Assembly (NCBI GenBank): GCA_017522015.1
Contig: JAFXAW010000006.1
Location: 1 to 32,000, forward strand
Source: Oscillospiraceae bacterium
GTDB taxonomy: Bacteria > Bacillota > Clostridia > Oscillospirales > Oscillospiraceae
DNA length: 32,000 nt
Direction: 5' to 3'
Positions within the stretch are counted from its first letter, which is position 1. Every line of letters starts with the position of its first letter. A model generated the notes under the pieces. That model searched no databases, was not told the DNA's origin, and worked only from the letters and a program-made list of their open reading frames with translations. Below are positions 19,345 to 28,542 of the stretch, piece by piece. The position numbers and the translations under genes are program-made.

Positions 19345-19476
19345 CCGCCTATTTCCAGACATAATGCAAAGAAAAACTGCAAAAACTGTTTTGGACAAAG
19401 AGAAAAGAAAGCTCTTTGCCAAAAGGAGTTGAGAAAGACGGAAAAGCGAAACAAACGCCCGAGCCGGGACGCGCTG

Positions 19477-19671
19477 ATGCATTTGCCGGTCGTCTCCGAC
19501 GTGGCCTCTATGACCGAGTGCACAGGGCTGATGCCCACTCTGGCGGAAACGCCCGAGGAATGGGCCGCCTACAAGCAACTCTTTTCCATGGAGCTGCCGG
19601 AGACCGAGGTTTGGCATCGAAACGATGTCCAAAAGACAGGGAAACGCAGCCGCATGCATAAGCCGGAGTAA
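19477..19671 (+). CDS. hypothetical small protein (~64 aa; start uncertain, ATG 19510 also possible)
   Basis: MHLPVVSDVASMTECTGLMPTLAETPEEWAAYKQLFSMELPETEVWHRNDVQKTGKRSRMHKPE. G/C at third codon positions is strongly enriched, as in the native genes. There is no convincing Shine-Dalgarno sequence and I recognise no family. The first ~60 codons of the track ORF (19282-) overlap the terminator and were discarded. Confidence 0.3.
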   Translation: MHLPVVSDVASMTECTGLMPTLAETPEEWAAYKQLFSMELPETEVWHRNDVQKTGKRSRMHKPE

Positions 19672-19719
19672 TTCGGGCAAAATATCGGGGAAACCAACAC
19701 AAAAAGGAGTGTTCCATCC

Positions 19720-19932
19720 ATGATCATGGACAGGATTGCGTTGATCCTTGCCATCGTCGGCGGCCTGAACTGGGGCAGCATCGGCCTGTTCCGTTTCGAC
19801 CTCGTGGCCTGGATCTGCGGCGGGCAGACCTCTACGCTCAGCCGTGTAATCTATACGCTGGTCGGTCTGGCAGCGCTTTGGTGTATCTCCCTGTTGTTCC
19901 GTCAGCGGGACTACGGCGAGGACAAAGCTTAA
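19720..19932 (+). CDS. DUF378 family small membrane protein
   Basis: 70 aa with two TM segments: MIMDRIALILAIVGGLNWGSIGLFRFDLVAWICGG...IYTLVGLAALW. The IVGGLNWG...FxFDLV pattern is the DUF378 signature. AAGGAG RBS at 19704-19709. Confidence 0.8.
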   Translation: MIMDRIALILAIVGGLNWGSIGLFRFDLVAWICGGQTSTLSRVIYTLVGLAALWCISLLFRQRDYGEDKA

Positions 19933-19942
19933 AAAAGCAAAA

Positions 19943-19982
19943 TTGGCGGCGAGGGATTTTTCCTTCGCCGCCAAAATTTTTT
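19943..19982. terminator. bidirectional terminator between convergent DUF378 and the ytvI-like gene
   Basis: Stem ttggcggcgaggga / tccttcgccgccaa (one mismatch). An A-run lies 5' and T6 lies 3', so a U-tract is present on both strands. Confidence 0.7.
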
Positions 19983-20028
19983 GTACTGTATGGGATTGTT
20001 CTTTCCGGCGTGGAGACCGGCAGACCGT

Positions 20029-21180
20029 TTATTTTTCGCTGACCGATTCGTCTCCATCCCCGGCTTCCGCCGCCGCAGGCGCGGCATTCAGATTGTCTGT
20101 TTTGTTCAGCTTGAAAATGTGGATAGCGCCGCTGGAGTTGAGCTCCAGCACGATCGCCACCAGAATCGGCAGACCGAACAGACCGTAACCGCCGAAAAGG
20201 CTGGTGCCGATGAACATACACGCCAGCGTGATGATCGGATGCATTCCCACATGCTTGCCGACGATCTTCGGCTCGATGATCTGCCGGATGATCGTGATGA
20301 GGGCGTAAAGAACCAGCAGGCCGATGCCGAAACCGATGCGCCCCTGGATGAAAGCGATGATCGCCCACGGAACCAGCACCGCGCCGGTGCCGAGAACGGG
20401 GAAAATATCCAGCACCGCGATCAGGAACGCAATCAGCACAAAACGGTTCACCCGCAGGATCGCAAGGCCGATCAGAAGCTCGGAGAAGGTGATGCACAGA
20501 ATGAGAAAGTAAGACAGACCGTACTGCTTGCCGATCTTGCCGATGGAGCGCCGCAGGTCGCGCAGAAACTGCTGCATCCTCTCGGGAAAAAGCCTCGTCA
20601 GCACGCCCGTCATGCGCTCATAGTCCGCAGACATGAAGAAAGTTGCGACAATGCAGATCACGAGCCGGATAATAAAGGCGGGAAGTGAGGTCACAAAAGA
20701 GGAAACCCAGGTGACCACACGGGTGGAGATATTTGTTACGGCGTTGCCCGCTGCGGAGACGAGCTCCGGACCGTAGGCCTGCAAGGTGTCTTCAATGCTA
20801 AGGTTATATTCCCCGGCGAAATCCTCCAGCCGGCCGAAAAGATCAACAAGGCCGGGCTCCAGCGTGTCCTGATAAAGATCCGGCAGTTGGCCGAACAAGC
20901 GGCCCAGACCGCTGGTGATGCGCAGGAAGAGCAGCACAAGGAGCGTGCCGATGATCAGATAGAAAAATATCGTGACCAAAACGCCGGCAAAACCTTTTGG
21001 CAGCCGAAGCTTATTTACCAGCAGCCGTACCAACGGGCGCATAATCATTGCAAAGATCAGCGCGACCAAAAACGGCATCACAAGATGCAGGAGGTATTTG
21101 AAAAAGACATAGACGATCGCCAAAATGACAACCCAGAATGCAAATTTATAAAGAAAACGACGTTCTCTCAGTTGATCCAT
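20029..21180 (-). CDS. AI-2E family transporter, YtvI-like sporulation integral membrane protein
   Basis: 383 aa polytopic membrane protein. The C-terminal core AVLDIFPVLGTGAVLVPWAIIAF...IIRQIIEPKIVGKHVGMHPIITL is typical of the AI-2E/PerM/YtvI family. GGAGAAGGAGG RBS upstream of ATG 21180. Confidence 0.8.
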   Translation of the reverse strand: MDQLRERRFLYKFAFWVVILAIVYVFFKYLLHLVMPFLVALIFAMIMRPLVRLLVNKLRLPKGFAGVLVTIFFYLIIGTLLVLLFLRITSGLGRLFGQLPDLYQDTLEPGLVDLFGRLEDFAGEYNLSIEDTLQAYGPELVSAAGNAVTNISTRVVTWVSSFVTSLPAFIIRLVICIVATFFMSADYERMTGVLTRLFPERMQQFLRDLRRSIGKIGKQYGLSYFLILCITFSELLIGLAILRVNRFVLIAFLIAVLDIFPVLGTGAVLVPWAIIAFIQGRIGFGIGLLVLYALITIIRQIIEPKIVGKHVGMHPIITLACMFIGTSLFGGYGLFGLPILVAIVLELNSSGAIHIFKLNKTDNLNAAPAAAEAGDGDESVSEK

Positions 21181-21276
21181 AAATTACCTCCTTCTCCGTG
21201 TTTTTAAAAACCGGAAACGCATTATTACTATTCTACCATATCTTTCCGGAAATGAAAACACCGGAAGATAAATTTT

Positions 21277-23934
21277 TTACGCTTTGTTTCGCGAACGCTC
21301 GATGGCACGCTGTGCGCACTTGACCAGCTCGACGATCGGCAGAACGAGGAAGGCCAGGCCGATCGCGACGCCGTATTCGGCGAGGCTGATGGGCGTGAAG
21401 CCGAAAGCGTTGGCCAGGAACGGAATCTCAATGACGGCCGTGGTGGCCACAAGGCTTGCCGCGCCGGCAATGCAGAGCGTGAGGTTCTGCTTGCGCATGC
21501 CGAGCAGGCTGCCGCGCTGCGAGCGCATGTTGAAGCTGTGGAAGATTTCGGCCATGCTCATGGTCAGGAAGGCCATGGTCATGCCGTCGGGGCTGTTCGT
21601 TGCCGCCCAGACGCCGCTTTCCATGAAGTGACCGACGAAGAACGCGACAAGCGTCAGCAGCGAGATGAGCACACCCTGATAGCCGATGTCAAAGCCCATG
21701 CCGCCGGCAAACACGCCCGCGGATGCGCTGCGCGGCGCGCGGCGCATGATGTTCTTTTCCGCCTTCTCCATTCCGAGCGCGAGCGCGGGGAAGCAGTCCG
21801 TAACCAGGTTGATCCACAAAAGATGCACGGGCTTGAGGATCTGGAAGCCGAGCATGGTGGCAACGAAGATGCTCAAAACCTCACTCGTGTTGCTGCCGAG
21901 CAGGAACTGGATGGCCTTGCGGATGTTGTCATAGATGCGGCGTCCCTCTTCAACGGCGGAAACGATGGTGGCGAAGTTGTCGTCCGCGAGCACCATATCC
22001 GCGACGTTTTTCGTCACGTCCGTGCCGGTGATGCCCATGCCCACGCCGATGTCGGCGGACTTGATGCTCGGCGCGTCATTGACGCCGTCACCTGTCATGG
22101 CGGTGATGCTGCCGCCCGCGCGCCATGCATTGACGATGCGCGTCTTATGCTCCGGCTGCACACGGGCATAGACAGAGATGCTCTGATAGACCCCCGCAAA
22201 GATCTCGTCGTCCATCTCGTCCAGCTCCGTGCCGGTGATGGCACGCATCCCGTCGGAAAGGATGCCGAGCTCGCGCGCGATGGCCATGGCGGTGTCGATA
22301 TGGTCGCCCGTAATCATAATGGGGCGGATGCCGGCGCTGCGGCAATTCACGATGGCGTCCTTAACCTCCGGACGTACCGGGTCGATCATGCCGGCGAGGC
22401 CGAGGTAGCACAGATCGCATTCCAGATCGGCCGGCTCGCGGTTTTCCGGCAGGGATTCCCAGTTGCGCTGCGCCGCGGCGAGCACGCGCAGCGCGCGCGA
22501 GGCCATGTCACGGTTCGCGGAGAGAATCTCCTGCCGCTTTTCCTCCGTCATGGGCAGCATGACGCCATTTTCCATGTAATGCGTGCAAAGCGGCAGAACA
22601 ACGTCCGGCCCGCCCTTGGTGTACTGCACGATGCCGCCGCTCTGCAGCGCGTGCAGGGTGGACATCATCTTGCGTCCGGAGTCAAAGGGCGCCTCGCCCA
22701 CGCGGGGCATGGCGGTTTTCAGTTCGTTCTTTTTCAGAGAGAGCTTTGCAGCCCAGGCGACAAGCGCGGCTTCGGTCGGCTCACCGGTGACCTCGCCGTC
22801 TTCCTGCAGCTCCGCATCGGAGCACAGGGCCATGGCGGTGGCGATTTCGCCCTCGTTGCTGCCGGAAAAGTCCACAACCGTCATCTTGTTCTGCGTGAGC
22901 GTGCCGGTTTTGTCCGAGCAGATGATCTGCGCGCAGCCGAGCGTTTCCACGGCGGTGAGGCGCCGGATGATGGCGTTGCGGCGGGACATATTCGTCACGC
23001 CGATGGAAAGCACCACCGTCACAACGGCGGCAAGGCCTTCCGGGATGGCGGCAACGGCCAGCGACACCGCGATCATAAACGAATCGAGAATCACATCGAA
23101 GTGGAAATCACCCGCACGGAGCAGCTGCACGCCGAAGATGACAACGCAGATCACAATGACGAGCCGCGTGAGGATAACGGAGAGCTGGCTGAGCTTGCGC
23201 TGCAGCGGCGTTTCGCCCTGCGCGGTGCTGGCAAGCGCGTCAGCAATCTTGCCCATCTCGGTCTGCATGCCGGTGGCTGTCACGAGCATGGTGCCGCGGC
23301 CGTAGACAACAGTGGAACCCATGTAGGCCATGTTCTTGCGGTCGCCGAGCGGGACGGCAGCGCCCTCGCGCAGATTGATGATGTCAATAAACTTGTTGAC
23401 CGGCACACTCTCGCCCGTCAGCGCGGCCTCCTCGATCTTCAGAGAGGCGCTTTCAATGAGTCGTCCGTCCGCCGGAACGGCGTCGCCCGCCTCGAGCAGT
23501 ACGATGTCGCCGGGGACCAGCTCCTCGCTGCGGATGATGACGAGCTTCCCGTCGCGCATGACGCGGCTTGTGGAGGCGGCCATCTCCTGCAGCGCTTCGA
23601 TGGATTTCTCCGCCTTGTTCTCCTGATAAACGCCGAGCACCGCGTTAATCAGCACGACGGCGAGAATGATGATGGCGTCTGCAATGCTCTCACCCTCGAC
23701 GATGGAGAGCACGGCGCTGATGGCCGCCGCGACCAGCAGGATGATAATCATGGGATCCACCATCTGCTGGAGGAAACGCTTGAGAAGGGAATCCTTCTTC
23801 GCCTCGGCGAGACGGTTTTTGCCGTATTTATCGAGACGCGCCTGCGCCTCCGCGCTCGTTAGGCCGTCGGCCTGAGTGGAGAGCTCTGCAAAGACATCTT
23901 CCACGCTGTTGCCGTAATAATTCAATGCATTCAT
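21277..23934 (-). CDS. cation-translocating P-type ATPase, type IIA (SERCA/PMR1-like Ca2+/Mn2+ pump)
   Basis: Phosphorylation site CSDKTGTLTQN, TGES (ALTGESVPV), TM4 AIPEGLAAVV, hinge MTGDGVNDAPS and TM6 WINLVTD. Start set at ATG 23934 (MNALNYYGNSVEDVF). TTG 23925 is an alternative, with better spacing to GAAAGGA. The track start 24000 runs through the leader terminator. Confidence 0.9.
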   Translation of the reverse strand: MNALNYYGNSVEDVFAELSTQADGLTSAEAQARLDKYGKNRLAEAKKDSLLKRFLQQMVDPMIIILLVAAAISAVLSIVEGESIADAIIILAVVLINAVLGVYQENKAEKSIEALQEMAASTSRVMRDGKLVIIRSEELVPGDIVLLEAGDAVPADGRLIESASLKIEEAALTGESVPVNKFIDIINLREGAAVPLGDRKNMAYMGSTVVYGRGTMLVTATGMQTEMGKIADALASTAQGETPLQRKLSQLSVILTRLVIVICVVIFGVQLLRAGDFHFDVILDSFMIAVSLAVAAIPEGLAAVVTVVLSIGVTNMSRRNAIIRRLTAVETLGCAQIICSDKTGTLTQNKMTVVDFSGSNEGEIATAMALCSDAELQEDGEVTGEPTEAALVAWAAKLSLKKNELKTAMPRVGEAPFDSGRKMMSTLHALQSGGIVQYTKGGPDVVLPLCTHYMENGVMLPMTEEKRQEILSANRDMASRALRVLAAAQRNWESLPENREPADLECDLCYLGLAGMIDPVRPEVKDAIVNCRSAGIRPIMITGDHIDTAMAIARELGILSDGMRAITGTELDEMDDEIFAGVYQSISVYARVQPEHKTRIVNAWRAGGSITAMTGDGVNDAPSIKSADIGVGMGITGTDVTKNVADMVLADDNFATIVSAVEEGRRIYDNIRKAIQFLLGSNTSEVLSIFVATMLGFQILKPVHLLWINLVTDCFPALALGMEKAEKNIMRRAPRSASAGVFAGGMGFDIGYQGVLISLLTLVAFFVGHFMESGVWAATNSPDGMTMAFLTMSMAEIFHSFNMRSQRGSLLGMRKQNLTLCIAGAASLVATTAVIEIPFLANAFGFTPISLAEYGVAIGLAFLVLPIVELVKCAQRAIERSRNKA

Positions 23935-23944
23935 CCTTTCAAAC

Positions 23945-24076
23945 AAAAAAATAAAGACCCATGGACAGAACGAGAAAAGTCTGTCCATGAGTCTGGTCAT
24001 TTAATCCAAATCAGGCTGCGTGCAGCCGAGAGTGTTGACTTGAAACACGCCTTCGCGTGCTGACTACTCCCTCATG
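23945..24076 (-). promoter_or_regulatory. yybP-ykoY-type Mn2+ riboswitch (aptamer ~23986-24076) with intrinsic terminator expression platform (~23945-23989)
   Basis: The minus strand reads CAUGAG-GGAGUAG-UCAGCACGCGAAGGCGUG-UUUCAAGUCAACAC-UCUCGGCUGCACGCAGCC...AAAUGACCAGA-CUCAUG. P1 pairs CAUGAG with CUCAUG. GGGAGUAG, AGUCAACA and GACCAGA match the conserved loops of the family. The P1 3' strand overlaps the 5' arm of the terminator CAUGGACAGA-N10-UCUGUCCAUG, which is followed by UUUAUUUUUUU. The terminator sits immediately before the ATPase RBS/ATG. Confidence 0.75.
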
Positions 24077-24092
24077 CATATTTAACATATAC

Positions 24093-24121
24093 AGGTTAGC
24101 ATATGCAGCAGCAAATGTCAA
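24093..24121 (-). promoter_or_regulatory. promoter candidate for the riboswitch-ATPase transcript (TTGACA-N17-TAACCT)
   Basis: On the minus strand, a perfect -35 TTGACA (complement of 24116-24121), a 17-nt spacer, and TAACCT (complement of 24093-24098). It lies ~15 nt upstream of P1. Confidence 0.4.
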
Positions 24122-24315
24122 GCGAGCAAGGCCGGCGAAAAAAGTCATCCCCTGCCGAAAGAGGAAGAGAATTCCGGGCTAAAAGCGGGGTGTCATAAAA
24201 CAGTTACAGTCCCGGCAGGCGCATCCACCGGGACTGTTCTTGTATAGATTGCAGCTGTATGATAAAATAGATCAAACAGTTCGATAAACTTGAATTTGAC
24301 GAAGAGGTGAATTAG

Positions 24316-24714
24316 ATGGGACTATTTGATTTCTTTAAGAAGAAAGTTGAATTAACAGAAGAACAGCAAAAGTGGAATAAAATGTGGGAATTGTGGGTCG
24401 AAGAAAAAGTGGACTCGCCCTATCTTCAACTGATGACTTATCAAAGTGAAGTCAATAATGGTGGACATGACCAGTATTTCACTAATGTTGATAATACAGG
24501 TAATTTGCAGGAAGAACTGTCTGTCCTGAAAACAATCCTGTCGAAAAAGCTCTCCGATAATTTGCAAAAGGCATATCAGGCATATTCGGTTTTAGAAAAA
24601 GAGGATGATAAAACTGCGGAAGAAACGATAGCGCATTGTGACGATGTATTCTATGAAAGCGAAGAAGAAATCAATCGCATATTGCAAGCGTATGCTAATA
24701 AAATCAAACTGTAA
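24316..24714 (+). CDS. DUF4375 / DMP19 C-terminal-domain-like acidic protein (DNA-mimic / immunity-like family)
   Basis: 132 aa. The motif LMTYQSEVNNGGHDQYFTNVDNTGN matches the W..EVNNGGF.Q(F/Y)F.N core I associate with DUF4375/DMP19. The protein is rich in E and D. GAGGTG RBS at 24304-24309. Upstream promoter candidate TTGTAT (24240-24245)-N17-TAAAAT (24263-24268) with a TG-extended -10. G+C is far lower than in the rest of the window. Confidence 0.65.
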   Translation: MGLFDFFKKKVELTEEQQKWNKMWELWVEEKVDSPYLQLMTYQSEVNNGGHDQYFTNVDNTGNLQEELSVLKTILSKKLSDNLQKAYQAYSVLEKEDDKTAEETIAHCDDVFYESEEEINRILQAYANKIKL

Positions 24715-24778
24715 ATTCCAATTTATCGAACAGATAAAGAGCGTGCTTCTATATACCACCCGGCGCAGTACGAAAAAA

Positions 24779-24806
24779 CCGACCTGTGATTACGATCACA
24801 GGTCGG
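24779..24806. terminator. bidirectional terminator (dnaJ operon on minus strand; DUF4375-like gene on plus strand)
   Basis: A perfect 12-bp stem pairs ccgacctgtgat with atcacaggtcgg around loop tacg. A6 lies on the 5' side, giving U6 for the minus-strand transcript. On the plus side it is followed by ttta-actgtttt. Confidence 0.75.
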
Positions 24807-24863
24807 TTTAACTGTTTTACGGACATCCGGGCTAAACGCCCGGGATCCCGGTAAGTAGCTTAT

Positions 24864-26003
24864 TTATTTCTTTTTGCGCTTTTTCCGGACCTTGTCGTCA
24901 CCGGCATCCTCGCCCATGCTTTCGGCGAGCTGCCGCAGCAGCGCCTTCTGTTCGGCGTTCAGGCCCTTGGGTGTTTGCACCTCGACCGTAACATACTGAT
25001 CGCCGCGTCCGTTTCCGCGCAGATAGGGAACGCCCTTGCCGCGCAGGCGGAACACGGAGCCGGTCTGCGTACCTTCCGGCAGGTCGTATTTCACCTTGCC
25101 GTCAAGCGTCGGTACTTCAAGCTCGGCGCCAAGCGTGGCCTGCGTGATGCTGATGGGCATGGTCAGCAGGATGCTGCTGCCGTCGCGCTCAAAGATTTCG
25201 TGCCGTCTTACTTCGACGGTGATGAGCAGATCGCCTGCGCTGCCGCCGTTTGTGCCGCTGTGGCCCTGACCGCGCAGGGAGATGGTCTGCCCGTGGTCAA
25301 TGCCCGCGGGGATTTTGACGTTTACCTTGCGCTGGCGGCGCACCTTGCCCTTGCCGCGGCAATCCGGGCAGGGCTGATGGATGATCTTGCCCTTGCCGCC
25401 GCAGTTGGGGCAGGCGGCCGTGGAGCTCATCATGCCGAAGGGCGTGCGCTGTGTAGTGCGCACGGAGCCGCTGCCGCCGCAGTTGGAGCAGATTTCCGGC
25501 GTTGTGCCCGCGGCGCAGCCGCTGCCATGGCAGCTTTCGCAATCCTCGATGCGGGGGACGCTGATCTCCTTGGTGCAGCCAAAGGCCGCCTCCTCGAAAA
25601 GGATCGTCGTGCTCAGACGAATGCTCTCGCCGCGCTGCGGGGCGTTGGGATTGGCCTGCCGCCCGCCGAAAATGTCCCCAAAACCGCCGAAACCGCCAAA
25701 GCCGCCGCCAAAGAGGTCGTTGAGAATGTCGGCAAAGCCGCCGAAGCCCTCTGCGCTGGACTGGAAGCCGGAGGGGTCGAAGGCCGCGAAGCCGAACTGG
25801 TCATACTTCGCGCGCTTATCCGCGTCGGAGAGCACTTCGTAAGCCTCGTTGACTTCCTTAAACCGCGCCTCTGCCTCCGCGTCGCCCGGGTGCAGGTCGG
25901 GGTGATACTTCTTGGCGAGCGAGCGATATGCTTTTTTGAGTTCGTCCTCCGAAGCGCTTTTGTCAACGCCGAGGACCTCGTAATAATCCCGTTTATCTGC
26001 CAT
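24864..26003 (-). CDS. dnaJ: molecular chaperone DnaJ
   Basis: 379 aa. J-domain [31 protein letters not shown], a G/F-rich linker, and four CxxCxGxG zinc-finger repeats ([32 protein letters not shown]). Confidence 0.95.
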   Translation of the reverse strand: MADKRDYYEVLGVDKSASEDELKKAYRSLAKKYHPDLHPGDAEAEARFKEVNEAYEVLSDADKRAKYDQFGFAAFDPSGFQSSAEGFGGFADILNDLFGGGFGGFGGFGDIFGGRQANPNAPQRGESIRLSTTILFEEAAFGCTKEISVPRIEDCESCHGSGCAAGTTPEICSNCGGSGSVRTTQRTPFGMMSSTAACPNCGGKGKIIHQPCPDCRGKGKVRRQRKVNVKIPAGIDHGQTISLRGQGHSGTNGGSAGDLLITVEVRRHEIFERDGSSILLTMPISITQATLGAELEVPTLDGKVKYDLPEGTQTGSVFRLRGKGVPYLRGNGRGDQYVTVEVQTPKGLNAEQKALLRQLAESMGEDAGDDKVRKKRKKK

Positions 26004-26033
26004 GGGAATCCTCTCTTTTCAGAACAGCGGTAT

Positions 26034-26055
26034 GGGGCGGCGCAGTGGCCGCCCC
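26034..26055 (-). other. GC-rich intercistronic stem-loop between dnaK and dnaJ
   Basis: ggggcggc-N6-gccgcccc forms an 8-bp all-G:C stem with no U-tract. It may be an mRNA stability or partial attenuation element. This is a structural observation only. Confidence 0.35.
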
Positions 26056-26100
26056 TGTGTTGTGGAACGAAAATTTGCGATTCAGGCTTCGCTTTTCCGC

Positions 26101-27945
<1,845 letters not shown>

Positions 27946-27996
27946 TGTAATGTCCTCCTTTGAGAAATCTATATTGAAGTTAAGGATATACCTGTT

Positions 27997-28542
27997 TTAG
28001 TTTGCCACTTTTACCATTGCAAAGCGAATGACGCGCTCACCGAGGATAAAGCCCCTCTGGAAGACCTCTGCGATCACGTTTTCGCCGAGTGTTTCATCCT
28101 CACAGTGCATGATGGCGTTGTGGATGTTCGGGTCGAAAGCTTCGCCCACATCGCCGAATACGTGCACGCCCAGCTTTTCAAGACAGGCGGTGAAGCCCTG
28201 CATGGTCATCTCCACGCCCTTTTTGAAGGCCTCGTCCGCGGTTTCCTGGCGGAGTGCCCGTTCGAGATTGTCGTACACCGGCAGAAATTCGTTCACCGTG
28301 GAGACGCGGATGTCCGTATAAAGCGCTTCGCGCTCCTTCTGGGAACGCTTGCGATAGTTATCGTATTCCGCAGCGAGCCGGAGATATTTCTCCTTCTCCG
28401 CACGGAGCAGCTCGTCCGCCGTGGGCAGAACCTCGGCTTCCGGCGCGGCCGGAGTTTCCACAACCTCTGCCTCTGGCGTTTCTTCTGCGATTTTTTCCTC
28501 GCGTCCTTCCTCGGGCGCGGTTTCTTTCTTTTTAGCGGCCAT
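27997..28542 (-). CDS. grpE: nucleotide exchange factor GrpE
   Basis: 181 aa. LRLAAEYDNYRKRSQKE and a C-terminal beta domain (HNAIMHCEDE...VFQRGFILGERVIRFAMVKV). Positioned between hrcA and dnaK. Confidence 0.95.
   Translation of the reverse strand: MAAKKKETAPEEGREEKIAEETPEAEVVETPAAPEAEVLPTADELLRAEKEKYLRLAAEYDNYRKRSQKEREALYTDIRVSTVNEFLPVYDNLERALRQETADEAFKKGVEMTMQGFTACLEKLGVHVFGDVGEAFDPNIHNAIMHCEDETLGENVIAEVFQRGFILGERVIRFAMVKVAN

Noticed and set aside
19291-19974. 227-aa minus-strand ORF spanning the small ORF and DUF378
   Set aside because: It is antisense to a well-supported DUF378 gene and crosses a bidirectional terminator. Its composition is implausible for a real protein.
21538-23862. 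774-aa plus-strand ORF opposite the P-type ATPase
   Set aside because: It is an antisense shadow. The minus strand carries the DKTGT, TGES and GDGVNDAP motifs.
23935-24000. 22-codon upstream extension of the ATPase ORF (MTRLMDRLFSFCPWVFIFLFER)
   Set aside because: It runs straight through the riboswitch terminator hairpin and U-tract, which makes it a leader rather than coding sequence.
24115-24198. 27-aa basic mini-ORF (MSSEQGRRKKSSPAERGREFRAKSGVS) followed by the 24207-24238 hairpin
   Set aside because: It has no RBS and overlaps the riboswitch promoter on the opposite strand. It also uses three TCA codons, which native genes here avoid.
24779-24819. An integron attC-like site after the low-GC gene
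   Set aside because: GTTTAAC near the hairpin does not fit the GTTRRRY core. There is no matching RYYYAAC partner, no intI gene and no cassette array in the window.
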